A stretch of DNA of 64,000 bases from Nitrospirales bacterium (GTDB taxonomy: Bacteria; Nitrospirota; Nitrospiria; Nitrospirales; UBA8639). The DNA lies in the NCBI GenBank assembly GCA_029261355.1, contig JAJDBM010000017.1, forward strand, positions 17,736 to 81,735. The letters are read 5' to 3'. Every line of letters starts with the position of its first letter. The first letter of the stretch is position 1. The notes under the pieces were generated by a model. It saw nothing but the letters and a program-made list of their open reading frames with translations. It had not been told where the DNA came from and did not search any database. The position numbers were made by a program, and so were the translations under genes. This document shows positions 26,207 through 36,878 of the stretch, piece after piece.

Positions 26207-27612
26207 ATATTATCGTTGTTGGTCTGAGTCATCACACTGCTCCCGTTGAACTGCGAGAGCGTCTTGCCGTTCCAGAAAGTCGGATGGGTGAAGCCTTAAC
26301 AAGGTTGGTGAGCTATTCAAGCGTTAAAGAAGGTATGTTCCTTTCAACATGCAATCGGGTCGAAGTCTATGCAGTCGTGTCGAATTGGGAAGTTGGCTTG
26401 ACTCAGGTTCAGGATTTCCTTGTTTCGACTCACTTTTCCCTGACGGTCGATGAGCTTTTTCCGCATGTGTATCGTTATGTGGATGATGCGACCATTAGGC
26501 ATTTGTTTCGCGTTTCCTCAAGCCTCGATTCAATGGTATTGGGTGAACCGCAAGTTCTCGGACAAGTGAAAGATGCATTTGAGCTGACATTAGCCCATCG
26601 TACCAGCGGCGTGATTCTCAATAAATTCGTTAAAAAGGCAATTTCTGTGGGAAAGGCCGTTAGGACACAAACGCGAATTGCTGAATATGCGGTCTCGGTG
26701 AGTTATGCCGGAGTTGAACTGGCCAAGAAGATTTTTTCGAGTTTAAAGGATCAAACGGTGTTGCTGGTGGGCGCTGGAGAAATGGGGAAACTAGCGGCTC
26801 GTCATCTGGTGAATTCTGGTGTGAAGCAGATTATGGTGACAACAAGAAATACCCACCGTGCGTTGAATCTTGCCGAACAATTTAACGGCACGGTCATTCC
26901 TTTTGAAGACTTTCGATCGGCTCTGCCCAAAGCCGATATTGTCATTTGTGCTACTGGGGCACCGTACTATGTGATTTCAACGGACGACATACAGGCGGCT
27001 ATCCGACAGAGAATGAATCGCCCCATGTTCTTGATTGATATTTCAGTGCCTCGGAATATTGACCCTGCGGGCAAGGACGTTGATAACGCATTTGTGTTTG
27101 ATATTGACGATCTCAAAACCCATGTTGGCCAGAATCAAGAAGAGCGACGCAAGGAAGCCGATAAAGCCGAAGACCTGGTGAAGGATGAAGTCGATGTCAT
27201 GTTGTCCTGGATACGTGGATTGGAAGCCACACCGACAATTGTTGCGCTCCGTCAGCGGGCTGAGGAGATTAAGCGAGCCGAGGTTAGTAAAGTTCTCAGT
27301 AGGCTCGAACATATTTCCCCCAAAGATCAGGAGGCGATTGAAGGATTGGCTTCAGCCATTGTCAATAAGTTATTGCATGGCTCGTTGGTGACGCTGAAGT
27401 CTGAAGCACAGTCAAAAAATGGGTTTGCGTTTATTGAAGCCGCCCGACGATTTTTTGATCTTGCTGAACCAGACAGAACGGAAGAGAGTACTTCGACGAT
27501 TCAGGAGTTTCAGTCGCTGAAGACCGATCGAGTAGGTCCTGGTGAGTCTTCCTTGCCTCATCAGGGCTTACTCGAGAATGTTAAAAGCCAAGTGAACGAA
27601 CATGAATCATAA
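26203..27612 (+). CDS. hemA: glutamyl-tRNA reductase
   Basis: MNIIVVGLSHHTAPVELRE, catalytic-Cys context STCNRVEVY. ATGA overlap with the upstream gene; the track start 26056 is an upstream read-through. Confidence 0.9.
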   Translation: MNIIVVGLSHHTAPVELRERLAVPESRMGEALTRLVSYSSVKEGMFLSTCNRVEVYAVVSNWEVGLTQVQDFLVSTHFSLTVDELFPHVYRYVDDATIRHLFRVSSSLDSMVLGEPQVLGQVKDAFELTLAHRTSGVILNKFVKKAISVGKAVRTQTRIAEYAVSVSYAGVELAKKIFSSLKDQTVLLVGAGEMGKLAARHLVNSGVKQIMVTTRNTHRALNLAEQFNGTVIPFEDFRSALPKADIVICATGAPYYVISTDDIQAAIRQRMNRPMFLIDISVPRNIDPAGKDVDNAFVFDIDDLKTHVGQNQEERRKEADKAEDLVKDEVDVMLSWIRGLEATPTIVALRQRAEEIKRAEVSKVLSRLEHISPKDQEAIEGLASAIVNKLLHGSLVTLKSEAQSKNGFAFIEAARRFFDLAEPDRTEESTSTIQEFQSLKTDRVGPGESSLPHQGLLENVKSQVNEHES

Positions 27613-27647
27613 ATATTATACTGAATCATTTTTGAGGAATGTGAGGA

Positions 27648-28601
27648 ATGAACGTGAAGGATGGAACAACCAGTCGGTCTGCATTAGTCATAGGAACCAG
27701 GGGCAGCCGTTTGGCTCTTTGGCAAGCAGAATGGGTCAAGTCACAACTTCAACGAGTTGCGCCAGAAATATCAGTTAGCCTGCAGCGAATACAGACGAGC
27801 GGCGATAAAATACTGGATGTTCCGTTAGCCAAGATTGGGGGGAAAGGATTATTTGTTAAGGAAATAGAGGATGCATTGCTCAAGGGAGAGATTGATCTCG
27901 CGGTTCATAGCATGAAGGATGTACCTTCTGTGTTACCTGATGGACTGGAAATTGTTTGTGTGCCTGAGCGGGAAGATCCGCGCGATGCCTGGATCAGTCG
28001 TGAAGGGACGACTTTTCAGGATTTCAAGCCAGGCGGTCAAATTGGAACGAGTAGCTTACGACGGCAATCTCAACTGTTGCATCATCGAGCTGATCTACAC
28101 ATTCACATGTTGCGAGGCAATTTAGATACACGGCTCAAGAAACTTCAGCAAGGGAATTATGATGCCATTGTTCTCGCTGCTGCGGGCCTTCGACGGTTAG
28201 GTTGGAGTCAGGAAATTACAGAATGTCTTTCCATTGATGTGAGTCTTCCTGCTATTGGCCAAGGGGCGCTAGGACTGGAAGGTCGATCTGATGACACGTT
28301 CCTCAAGGATCTCATCCTGAAGCTGGAGGATGGCCCAACCCGATCAACGGTGAATGCCGAGCGAGCATTTTTGACTAGATTAGAGGGAGGCTGTCAGGTA
28401 CCTATTGCTGGACATGCTGTCATTAAGGATGGGGAGCTCTCTCTTGATGGGTTGATAGCTAGTGTTGATGGGAAGCGATATATTCGTCAATCTGTCTCTG
28501 GGGCAATTGATAAGGCTGAAGAGTTGGGAGTGGAGCTCGCTGAGAATTTATTGTCTGCTGGTGGTGGTCCTATCTTGCAGGAGATCTATGGAGCGACATG
28601 A
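27648..28601 (+). CDS. hemC: hydroxymethylbilane synthase (porphobilinogen deaminase)
   Basis: 317 aa. IGTRGSRLALWQA, GTSSLRR, and the cofactor-Cys context LEGGCQVPI. Confidence 0.95.
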   Translation: MNVKDGTTSRSALVIGTRGSRLALWQAEWVKSQLQRVAPEISVSLQRIQTSGDKILDVPLAKIGGKGLFVKEIEDALLKGEIDLAVHSMKDVPSVLPDGLEIVCVPEREDPRDAWISREGTTFQDFKPGGQIGTSSLRRQSQLLHHRADLHIHMLRGNLDTRLKKLQQGNYDAIVLAAAGLRRLGWSQEITECLSIDVSLPAIGQGALGLEGRSDDTFLKDLILKLEDGPTRSTVNAERAFLTRLEGGCQVPIAGHAVIKDGELSLDGLIASVDGKRYIRQSVSGAIDKAEELGVELAENLLSAGGGPILQEIYGAT

Positions 28602-30166
28602 TGCCTAATTCGGGGAACGTCGGAAAGGTCTTGATTGTTGGGGCGGGCCCTGGTGATCCTGGCCTACTCACGTTAAAGGGGAAAGTCTGTATAGAGAAGG
28701 CTGATGTCGTGGTATTTGACTATTTGGCGAATCCTGCTTTACTTGAATTTGCACCAGCCCATGCAGAGAAAATCTATATTGGGCGTCGAGGTCGAGGCAT
28801 GTATAGTAGTCAAGATGATATCAATGCATTACTTGTGAGCAAAGCGCGCGAAGGGAATTGCGTGGTTCGATTAAAGGGAGGCGATCCTTTTGTCTTTGGA
28901 CGTGGAGGGGAAGAAGCTGAGGTTGTGGCCGAAGCTGGAATTCCGTTTGAAATCATTCCTGGTGTTACCTCAGCCGTCGCCGTTCCAGCTTATGCAGGAA
29001 TTCCTGTGACTCATCGCACCATGGCATCAACCGTGACCTTTGTGACTGGCCATGAAGATCCGACCAAAGATGAAAGTGTGGTGGAGTGGCCGCGTTTGGC
29101 TTCAGTTAATGGAACATTGATTTTTTTAATGGGAGTAAAAAACTTACCGTTGATTGTCGAAAAGCTTATAACTGAAGGTAAGTCTCCCGAGACTCCCGTT
29201 GCATTAATTCGACGAGGAACCTACATGAGTCAGCAGACGGTAACAGGAACCTTGGCTAATATTGTGGAGCAGGCTAAGTCTGTGAATCTTCAACCTCCAA
29301 CCGTTATTGTCATAGGTTCAGTGGTAAGGTTGCGAGATCGGCTCGATTGGTTTGAACAACGTCCACTTTTTGGAAAACGTATTCTTGTCACAAGACCAAA
29401 GCACCAGGCCCCAGTATTTTCTCGTTTGCTTGAAGCCTATGGGGCTGAACCTATTGAATGTTCGACCTTAGATATTATTCCCCCTCAGAGCTGGGGGCCG
29501 GTCGATGAGGCGATCTCGAAGATTCAGAAATATCAATGGCTTGTACTGACAAGTGTTAACGGCGTTCAGGCCTTTATGAAGCGATTGCAATTTCATGGGC
29601 GAGATATTCGTAGTCTAGCTGGTCTTCGTTTATGCTGTATTGGTCCAAAAACGGCAGAGGAAGCAGCGAGATATGGAATTCATGCTGATTTCGTTCCAGA
29701 TGAATTTCAAGCAGAAGGGGTATTGGATACCATGGGTAAGGCCGGTGTTGCGGGGCTGCATGTGTTGATTCCCCGAGCAGCAGTAGCTCGTGAAATTCTT
29801 CCCGAACAATTAAGGGAAATGGGTGCGGTGGTCGATGTGGTTTCTGTCTACCGTGCAGTTCCTCCGCAAGTTGATGTTGAGGGTTTGAAGAACCGCTTTC
29901 AGGGAGGAGGTATTCACTTTCTGACGTTTGCGAGTTCTTCGACGGTTCGAAACTTTTGTCAATTATTTGAAAACCAAGAAGAGGTGCTGCAGGCTACTAA
30001 GGAAAGTGTCATTGCCTGTATTGGCCCGATTACGGCCCAGACTGTTGTCGAACATGGATTGTCTGTTGATATTATTGCAAAAGAAAATACTCTCCCGGCG
30101 TTGGCTGAAGCAATTGTGCGGCATGTGAAACCCAATGAAGAAATTCAAAATTTGTGTTCGGTCTAG
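28598..30166 (+). CDS. cobA: bifunctional uroporphyrinogen-III C-methyltransferase / uroporphyrinogen-III synthase
   Basis: 522 aa. The N-terminal SUMT domain has VGAGPGDPGLLTLKG; the C-terminal ~250 aa is HemD-like. Overlaps the hemC stop. Confidence 0.9.
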   Translation: MMPNSGNVGKVLIVGAGPGDPGLLTLKGKVCIEKADVVVFDYLANPALLEFAPAHAEKIYIGRRGRGMYSSQDDINALLVSKAREGNCVVRLKGGDPFVFGRGGEEAEVVAEAGIPFEIIPGVTSAVAVPAYAGIPVTHRTMASTVTFVTGHEDPTKDESVVEWPRLASVNGTLIFLMGVKNLPLIVEKLITEGKSPETPVALIRRGTYMSQQTVTGTLANIVEQAKSVNLQPPTVIVIGSVVRLRDRLDWFEQRPLFGKRILVTRPKHQAPVFSRLLEAYGAEPIECSTLDIIPPQSWGPVDEAISKIQKYQWLVLTSVNGVQAFMKRLQFHGRDIRSLAGLRLCCIGPKTAEEAARYGIHADFVPDEFQAEGVLDTMGKAGVAGLHVLIPRAAVAREILPEQLREMGAVVDVVSVYRAVPPQVDVEGLKNRFQGGGIHFLTFASSSTVRNFCQLFENQEEVLQATKESVIACIGPITAQTVVEHGLSVDIIAKENTLPALAEAIVRHVKPNEEIQNLCSV

Positions 30167-30248
30167 AGAATACATGAGTAGTCTTGAGTTGAGTTCTTCT
30201 TTTCATTGATCTTTGTGAGAAAGGTCTTATTACGGAAGGGGCGATTTT

Positions 30249-30641
30249 ATGGTTCCAGTCAAATCATTCATGGTGCCTATTGAGAAATTCATTACCATTG
30301 ATCGAGATGCAAATGCTCGAATCGCGGCGGAGATGATGCGCGACAATGGAATCGGAAGTATTTTTGTGACGACCGGAGATAAATTTCTTGGAATTATTAC
30401 GGATACAGACTTGGTGAGGCGAGTCGTCGCAGCTGGCTTAGACCCTGCTGAAACGAAAGCCGGAGAAGTCATGTCCTCACCAATCTTGACCATTGATAGT
30501 GAGAAATCGTTATTGGATGCCAATGACCTTATGGCCAGTGGGCATGTACGTCATTTAGGCGTAACGGAAAATGAAAAAATAGTTGGGATGATTTCTGTTC
30601 GGGATTTAGTCGTGTTTTTAACGAACCTACCTAGAAAATAA
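30249..30641 (+). CDS. CBS-pair domain protein
   Basis: 130 aa comprising two CBS motifs. Confidence 0.8.
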   Translation: MVPVKSFMVPIEKFITIDRDANARIAAEMMRDNGIGSIFVTTGDKFLGIITDTDLVRRVVAAGLDPAETKAGEVMSSPILTIDSEKSLLDANDLMASGHVRHLGVTENEKIVGMISVRDLVVFLTNLPRK

Positions 30642-30748
30642 GAAGACGTGATGGCCCCGGTCTGTAGCCGCTTCTCGCGTTTTTGACGCATGCTAGGTTC
30701 TGAGGGAAGTCGTCTTTCAATCGCTTGCAAACTTGATAGTGAGGTATT

Positions 30749-31726
30749 ATGGGATTTCCTCGTCAACGGTTACGACGCCTTCGTCATCATGAACTACTTC
30801 GAGACATGGTCCGTGAGACCAATCTTTCTCCAACCGATTTTGTTTATCCATTGTTTGTCACATACGGGAAAGGTCGTCAAGAGTCGATTGCGTCAATGCC
30901 TGGGCAGTACCGATGGTCCATTGATTTGTTGGTGAAGGAGGCTGCTGAAGCAAAAGCACTTGGAGTTCCTGCCGTGATTCTTTTTGGGATTCCCGAGCAG
31001 AAAGACGAACGCGGTACGAGTGGATATAAGAAAGACGGTGTCGTGCAACGAGCGGTTCGTGCGCTAAAGGACGCGGTCCCAGATTTATTGGTGATGACCG
31101 ATGTATGTATTGATGAATATACCTCCCATGGTCATTGTGGCATTGTCCAGGATGGGAAAATTCTGAATGATGAAACATTGGACTGTCTGTGTTTAATGGC
31201 TAGAACTCATGCTGAGGCAGGGGTGGATCTTGTGGCGCCATCCGATATGATGGATGGAAGAGTCGGAGCGATTCGTGATGCATTGGACCAAGTCGGGTAT
31301 CACGATTTACCCATCATGGCCTATTCTGCAAAATACGCCTCAAGTTTATATGCCCCATTTCGTGACGCAGCCGATTCAAGTCCGGCATTTGGTGATCGAC
31401 GTTCCTATCAGATGGACCCTGCGAATGCACGAGAAGCTATTCGTGAGGTTGAGTTGGATATTGAGGAGGGCGCTGATGTGGTGATGGTTAAGCCTGCCAT
31501 GTTGTTCCTTGATATTGTCCGAAGCATTCGTGAGGCCGTGACTGTTCCCTTAGCGGCGTATCAGGTGAGCGGTGAATACAGTATGATTAAAGCTGCCGGC
31601 CTGCAGGGATGGGTTGACGAAGAGAAGGTGATGATGGAGTCACTCCTGTCTATTAAACGGGCCGGAGCAGATATGATATTGACATACTTTGCGAAAGATG
31701 CGGCTCGCCAGCTGCATCATGCGTAA
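30749..31726 (+). CDS. hemB: porphobilinogen synthase (delta-aminolevulinate dehydratase)
   Basis: 325 aa. Metal-site motif [14 protein letters not shown]; Schiff-base lysine contexts SAKYAS and VMVKPA. Confidence 0.95.
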   Translation: MGFPRQRLRRLRHHELLRDMVRETNLSPTDFVYPLFVTYGKGRQESIASMPGQYRWSIDLLVKEAAEAKALGVPAVILFGIPEQKDERGTSGYKKDGVVQRAVRALKDAVPDLLVMTDVCIDEYTSHGHCGIVQDGKILNDETLDCLCLMARTHAEAGVDLVAPSDMMDGRVGAIRDALDQVGYHDLPIMAYSAKYASSLYAPFRDAADSSPAFGDRRSYQMDPANAREAIREVELDIEEGADVVMVKPAMLFLDIVRSIREAVTVPLAAYQVSGEYSMIKAAGLQGWVDEEKVMMESLLSIKRAGADMILTYFAKDAARQLHHA

Positions 31727-31728
31727 CT

Positions 31729-32712
31729 ATGAAGGTTATTCGAAATCTTCCAACGCTGACACGTGCACCTCATCCTGTCCTGACGATTGGGAATTTCGAC
31801 GGGCAACATCTTGGGCATCAAGCCCTATTGACGGCTGTCGTTGAGATGGCTAAGTGTCAACAAGGTACGTCCATGGTCCTAACATTTTCCCCTCACCCCT
31901 CGAAGGTCCTTGCGCCAGGAAAGGCCTTGCAGTTTTTGACATTGGCAGAAGAAAAGGTGGAGTTTTTTGAAAAGCTTGGAGTTGCCGAGTTAGTGATATT
32001 AGAATTTTCTCGGCAATTGGCGAGTCTCACTCCTGAAGAGTTTACAGCTAAGGTCTTACGTGATGGAGTAGGTGTTCGTGATTTGTTGATTGGAGAAAAT
32101 TTTGTGTTTGGCAAAGGACGAAGTGGAAATGTTCAAGATTTAATTAAATTGGGTGCTGAAGCAAATTTCCACGTGCATCCGATAGCTCCCGTCAAAATTG
32201 ATGGAGATGTGGTGAGCTCTACACGAATCAGAAAACTTCTTCAAGCGGGTCAGGTCAAAGCCGCGACTCAATGCCTTGGTCGTCCCTATCGGCTTAGCGA
32301 GCAGGTGATTCCTGGTGAAAATCGAGGGACTCAATTAGGCTGGCCGACTGCCAATCTTCGAATTGCTCCACAACGAGTCATTCCGGCTGATGGAATTTAT
32401 GCCACGATGGCGTATGTTCAAGGTGAGTGGCTTCCATCAGTTTCCTATATTGGGAGTCGGCCAACTTTCGTTGAAGGTGAGCGGTTATTAGAAGTCCATC
32501 TGTTTGATCAAGATCGGTCCTTATATGGGGAACGGATTCAGGTCAGTTTCATTGACTTTATTCGAGGTGATAAACAGTTTCCCAATGCTGATGAATTGCG
32601 TCGCCAGATAGAACATGATGCGACTCAAGCTCGTACCATTTTACAGAAATGGAATACGGGTCTTTCTCAAAATCCAGAGCCTCTGTCTTTTTATACACCG
32701 ACATTGCACTAA
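31729..32712 (+). CDS. ribF: bifunctional riboflavin kinase / FMN adenylyltransferase
   Basis: 327 aa. Motif GNFDGQHLGHQ and a C-terminal riboflavin kinase domain. Confidence 0.9.
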   Translation: MKVIRNLPTLTRAPHPVLTIGNFDGQHLGHQALLTAVVEMAKCQQGTSMVLTFSPHPSKVLAPGKALQFLTLAEEKVEFFEKLGVAELVILEFSRQLASLTPEEFTAKVLRDGVGVRDLLIGENFVFGKGRSGNVQDLIKLGAEANFHVHPIAPVKIDGDVVSSTRIRKLLQAGQVKAATQCLGRPYRLSEQVIPGENRGTQLGWPTANLRIAPQRVIPADGIYATMAYVQGEWLPSVSYIGSRPTFVEGERLLEVHLFDQDRSLYGERIQVSFIDFIRGDKQFPNADELRRQIEHDATQARTILQKWNTGLSQNPEPLSFYTPTLH

Positions 32713-32727
32713 CTACGTGGTTGACGA

Positions 32728-34140
32728 ATGTCATTAGAAAACCAGTTCAAAGACTTCATGACTACCAATCAGATGTTGGTGGCAGGGGAGCATGTCATGG
32801 TTGCAGTCTCGGGTGGCCCTGATTCTGTGGCGTTGCTTTCGCTTTTCAATGGCCTAAGAGACGAGTGGCGTCTGAAGCTACATGTTGTACATTTCGATCA
32901 CGGTTTGCGGGGACGGGAGTCTGATGCTGATGTGTTGTTTGTTCGGACGCTCTGTGAGGGACTTGCCGTTCCTTGTATTGTGAAGCGGTTAGCCATGAAT
33001 GGAGCCGATCGTCGTTCCCAAGGGTCTTCTCTTCAAGAATATGCTCGGAACAGACGATATCACGAACTGGCAAGCCTGGCCGAGGAACTTGATGCTGATA
33101 AGATTGCGGTAGGACATACGGCCGACGATCAAGTTGAGACCATGATCATGTGGATGGTGCGCGGGGCCGGGACAAAGGGACTGAGCGGGATCCCGCCTGT
33201 CCGTCCACCCCATATTATCCGTCCGTTGCTCAGTACGAGCCGCGCTGAGTTATTGGAGTACCTACAAGTTCGGAAATTGTCGTATCGGATAGATTCCAGC
33301 AATGATAAACCGATTTATTTGCGAAATCGGATTCGTCATGAGGTGATGCCGATTCTGAAGCAGTATAACCCAAACCTGATCAGGGCCGTTGCTCGTCAAG
33401 CTGATGTTGTCCGTGCAGAAGATAGGTATCTTGATCAATTGGCTCGCGAAGCCTTGGTTCAGGTTCAGCAGAGCAAAGCCAAGCAGCGTCTGACCTTGCA
33501 CCGTACGCGGCTTTTGAATTTACCGTTAGCCATGCAGCGTCGTGTATTGCGGATGGCCATTCGGGAAGTCTCAGGGACGCTTACGATGACAGGGTTTGAT
33601 ACGATTGAGGCTGGCTTGACGCATATCGTGTCGGCGCAGTCGGGGTTGTCGGTTGACGTGAATGGGGTCTCGATCGTTCGAGAGTATGACCAGGTCCATG
33701 TGTGTTCATTTCAGGGGGAATGGGTCACGACTCGCACCAGTAAGCCAATGGACGTTCCTTCTCAGGTGGTGTGGCCATTAACCGGGCAGAGCATGGATGT
33801 CTCAACAGCATTATCTGTAACCCAGGAGGCGGTGAAGCAGATGAATGGCTCTCAGGTCAGATTCGATGCTGATACCTGTAGTTCGTCGTTGGTGCTGAGA
33901 AATTGGAGTCCTGGTGATCATTTTTTTCCTCTAGGCATGGGTGGGAAAAGAAAAAAGTTACAAGACTTTTTTTCTGACATTAAACTTGCACGATCTCTTC
34001 GTCATACTATTCCGCTGTTGGTGGCGCCAGAAGGGATCGTCTGGGTTGGCGGCCACCGGTTAGATCATCGTTTCAGAGTCACCACTTCAACGCGCCATGT
34101 CTTTGTTGCCAATTTGAGTGAGGTCTCTGAGTCCATATGA
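32728..34140 (+). CDS. tilS: tRNA(Ile)-lysidine synthase
   Basis: 470 aa. PP-loop SGGPDS. Conserved tilS-hpt-ftsH order. Confidence 0.9.
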   Translation: MSLENQFKDFMTTNQMLVAGEHVMVAVSGGPDSVALLSLFNGLRDEWRLKLHVVHFDHGLRGRESDADVLFVRTLCEGLAVPCIVKRLAMNGADRRSQGSSLQEYARNRRYHELASLAEELDADKIAVGHTADDQVETMIMWMVRGAGTKGLSGIPPVRPPHIIRPLLSTSRAELLEYLQVRKLSYRIDSSNDKPIYLRNRIRHEVMPILKQYNPNLIRAVARQADVVRAEDRYLDQLAREALVQVQQSKAKQRLTLHRTRLLNLPLAMQRRVLRMAIREVSGTLTMTGFDTIEAGLTHIVSAQSGLSVDVNGVSIVREYDQVHVCSFQGEWVTTRTSKPMDVPSQVVWPLTGQSMDVSTALSVTQEAVKQMNGSQVRFDADTCSSSLVLRNWSPGDHFFPLGMGGKRKKLQDFFSDIKLARSLRHTIPLLVAPEGIVWVGGHRLDHRFRVTTSTRHVFVANLSEVSESI

Positions 34141-34679
34141 CACAATTATTTGGAAAACCCTTGGTGACTCAGGAAGCGATGCGATCTCGGATCAAGGAGC
34201 TTGGCAAGGAGATTACTCATGACTATCAGAGTCAGGATCTTGTCATGGTTGGGGTATTAAAAGGGGCTTTTGCCTTTTATGCAGATTTGGTTCGAGCTAT
34301 TCGATTACCCGTCACGGTTGATTTTATGATTGTCAAAAGTCAACCAAATCAAAGGAAATTATCTGGAAAGGTCAAAGTTGTCACTGATTTGACCGAAGAA
34401 GTAAAAGGGCGCGATATCTTATTAGTCGAAGATATTGTGGATTCCGGTCTCACTGTTCAATATCTCACAAAATTATTATCCAAACGGAAACCAAGAAGCC
34501 TGAGAATCTGCACCTTGCTCAGTAAGCCCGCACGGCGACAAATTGATGTGAACGTTGAATACATTGGGTTTGAGATTCCTAATCACTATGTGGTTGGGTA
34601 CGGGTTGGACTATCAACAGCAATATCGTAATCTTCCGTATTTAGCAGTCCTAGACCCGAAGGGTATGGATGCGGAGTAG
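34137..34679 (+). CDS. hpt: hypoxanthine phosphoribosyltransferase
   Basis: 180 aa. PRPP loop LLVEDIVDSGLT. ATGA overlap with tilS. Confidence 0.9.
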   Translation: MTQLFGKPLVTQEAMRSRIKELGKEITHDYQSQDLVMVGVLKGAFAFYADLVRAIRLPVTVDFMIVKSQPNQRKLSGKVKVVTDLTEEVKGRDILLVEDIVDSGLTVQYLTKLLSKRKPRSLRICTLLSKPARRQIDVNVEYIGFEIPNHYVVGYGLDYQQQYRNLPYLAVLDPKGMDAE

Positions 34680-34692
34680 CTGTCTTTCTTGG

Positions 34693-34722
34693 TTGTCAGT
34701 ATCTCAATTTGCATGATAGAAT
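34693..34722 (+). promoter_or_regulatory. putative internal sigma-70 promoter upstream of ftsH
   Basis: TTGTCA, 18-nt spacer, TAGAAT. Confidence 0.35.
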
Positions 34723-34793
34723 CCAAAGGTAATCGTCTATCACAAAAGAACTAGTCGAATAGAGAGTCGGTTCGAGGTTCAGGAGGCCTTAGT

Positions 34794-36608
34794 ATGAATT
34801 CACGTGTGAAGAATCTATTGTTTTGGGTAGTTGTATGCTTGTTTATGATTTTGCTCTTCAATCTCTTCACCGTTCCGACCAATCAGCCAGAAGAGAAAAT
34901 CATATTTAGCGATTTCATGGCCCACTTGGATCGCAGTGAAATCAAAAAAGTGATTATTAAACATAATAATATTAGTGCGATTCTCAATGATGGGACACGA
35001 GTTCGTACCTATTCAGTTGAGTACCCGGACTTGGTGAAAGTTCTTCGGGAGCGTTCTGTTGAGATTGAAGCTAAACCACCGGATGAGAATCCTTGGTATA
35101 TCACATTCCTGGTGACATGGGGGCCATTCATTTTATTTTTGGGCCTTTGGTTTTTCCTTATGCGGCAAATGCAGGTTGGTGGAAATCGTGCACTTTCTTT
35201 TGGGAAAAGCAAGGCTCGAATGCTCACTGAAGACAAAAAGAAAATTACATTTGCCGATGTCGCGGGTGTTGATGAAGCAAAAGAAGAGGTTGTTGAAATC
35301 ATTGAGTTTTTGAAGGATCCGCAGAAATTCCAAAAACTTGGTGGTCGGATTCCCAAAGGGGTCTTGGTTGTTGGTCCGCCAGGGACAGGAAAGACGTTGC
35401 TTGCCAAGGCAATTGCAGGGGAAGCGGGAGCACCATTTTTCAGTATTAGTGGATCTGACTTTGTTGAGATGTTTGTCGGTGTGGGGGCTTCTCGAGTTCG
35501 AGACCTGTTTGAACAAGGGAAGAAGCATGCTCCATGCATTATATTTATAGATGAAATTGATGCGGTCGGACGTTTACGTGGAGCCGGTTTAGGTGGAGGC
35601 CACGATGAACGGGAGCAAACCCTCAACCAGCTTCTGGTAGAAATGGATGGGTTTGATACGACAGAGGGAGTTATTCTTATTGCGGCCACGAATAGACCTG
35701 ATGTTCTGGATCCCGCACTCCTTCGTCCTGGACGTTTTGACCGACAGGTCATTGTGAACAGACCTGACGTAAAAGGTCGAATTGACATTTTGAAAGTTCA
35801 TACGAAAAAAGTCCCAGTTAATGAAGATGTCGAGCTTGAGCAAATTGCCCGTGGAACACCTGGGTTTTCTGGTGCTGACCTTGAAAATCTCGTGAATGAA
35901 GCAGCATTGTGGGCAGCTCGACTTGATAAGAAGTCAGTGGAGTTGGTGGATTTTGAAAACGCCAAAGATAAGGTCATGATGGGGGCAGAACGAAGAAGTA
36001 TGGTCTTGAGTGATGAAGAAAAGCGAACGACCGCTTATCATGAAGCTGGTCATGCATTGATGGCGACTCTGCTTCCTGGGACTGACCCAGTACACAAAGT
36101 AACGATTATTCCTCGTGGGCGAGCATTAGGTATGACAATGCAGCTTCCCATTGACGATCGACATAGCTATTCGAAGGACTTTCTCTACAACACATTAGCT
36201 ATTTTATTCGGTGGGCGAGTGGCAGAAGAACTCATATTCAAAAATATCACGACTGGTGCAGGGAATGATATCGAACGAGCCACAGACCTTGCTCGCAAAA
36301 TGGTGTGTGAGTGGGGTATGAGCGACTCGCTTGGCCCATTGACGTTTGGGCGAAAAGATGAGGAGATTTTCCTTGGCCGTGAAATATCCACCAGACGAGA
36401 CTTCAGTGATCAAGTGGCATTAGAAATTGATCGAGAGGTCAAACGACTTGTGCTGGAGTCATATGACCGAACAAAGCGAATGCTGACAGAAAATATTCAT
36501 ACGCTCAAGGCCTTGGCCGAAGCCCTATTAGAAAAAGAGGTCCTTGATGCTATGGAAGTAGATGAAATTATTCAACAAACCTCAGCAGTTCAGTCTGCTG
36601 CCGTCTAA
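34794..36608 (+). CDS. ftsH: ATP-dependent zinc metalloprotease FtsH
   Basis: 604 aa. Two TM segments, Walker A GPPGTGKT, zinc motif HEAGHA. Confidence 0.95.
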   Translation: MNSRVKNLLFWVVVCLFMILLFNLFTVPTNQPEEKIIFSDFMAHLDRSEIKKVIIKHNNISAILNDGTRVRTYSVEYPDLVKVLRERSVEIEAKPPDENPWYITFLVTWGPFILFLGLWFFLMRQMQVGGNRALSFGKSKARMLTEDKKKITFADVAGVDEAKEEVVEIIEFLKDPQKFQKLGGRIPKGVLVVGPPGTGKTLLAKAIAGEAGAPFFSISGSDFVEMFVGVGASRVRDLFEQGKKHAPCIIFIDEIDAVGRLRGAGLGGGHDEREQTLNQLLVEMDGFDTTEGVILIAATNRPDVLDPALLRPGRFDRQVIVNRPDVKGRIDILKVHTKKVPVNEDVELEQIARGTPGFSGADLENLVNEAALWAARLDKKSVELVDFENAKDKVMMGAERRSMVLSDEEKRTTAYHEAGHALMATLLPGTDPVHKVTIIPRGRALGMTMQLPIDDRHSYSKDFLYNTLAILFGGRVAEELIFKNITTGAGNDIERATDLARKMVCEWGMSDSLGPLTFGRKDEEIFLGREISTRRDFSDQVALEIDREVKRLVLESYDRTKRMLTENIHTLKALAEALLEKEVLDAMEVDEIIQQTSAVQSAAV

Positions 36609-36878
36609 ACTTATCCTGGTCAGATTGTGAAGGTTTATGTTGACGAATACTCGTTATCCAAGATTCATCTGATCAGGATTATCCGTTAACCTTTAGTATT
36701 CTTTCTCACCTACAAAATTCATCGTTTGTCATATGACTTGGTCAGCATTGAATTTCTGCTGAAAGTTTTACGATTTACGATTATTCTTCTATTGCAGGTT
36801 TTCACGCATTTTTAAATTCGTCCCTTCTAGGTCCTGACGTAAAATACGAATGATGCCTTATTAAGGCTTATTTAAAGC

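Noticed and set aside
35009-35788. 259-aa ORF antisense to ftsH.
   Set aside because: It lies entirely inside the highly conserved AAA region of ftsH. Its product is Arg/Ser/Pro-rich and low-complexity, as expected from the reverse frame of a conserved gene, and it has no RBS.
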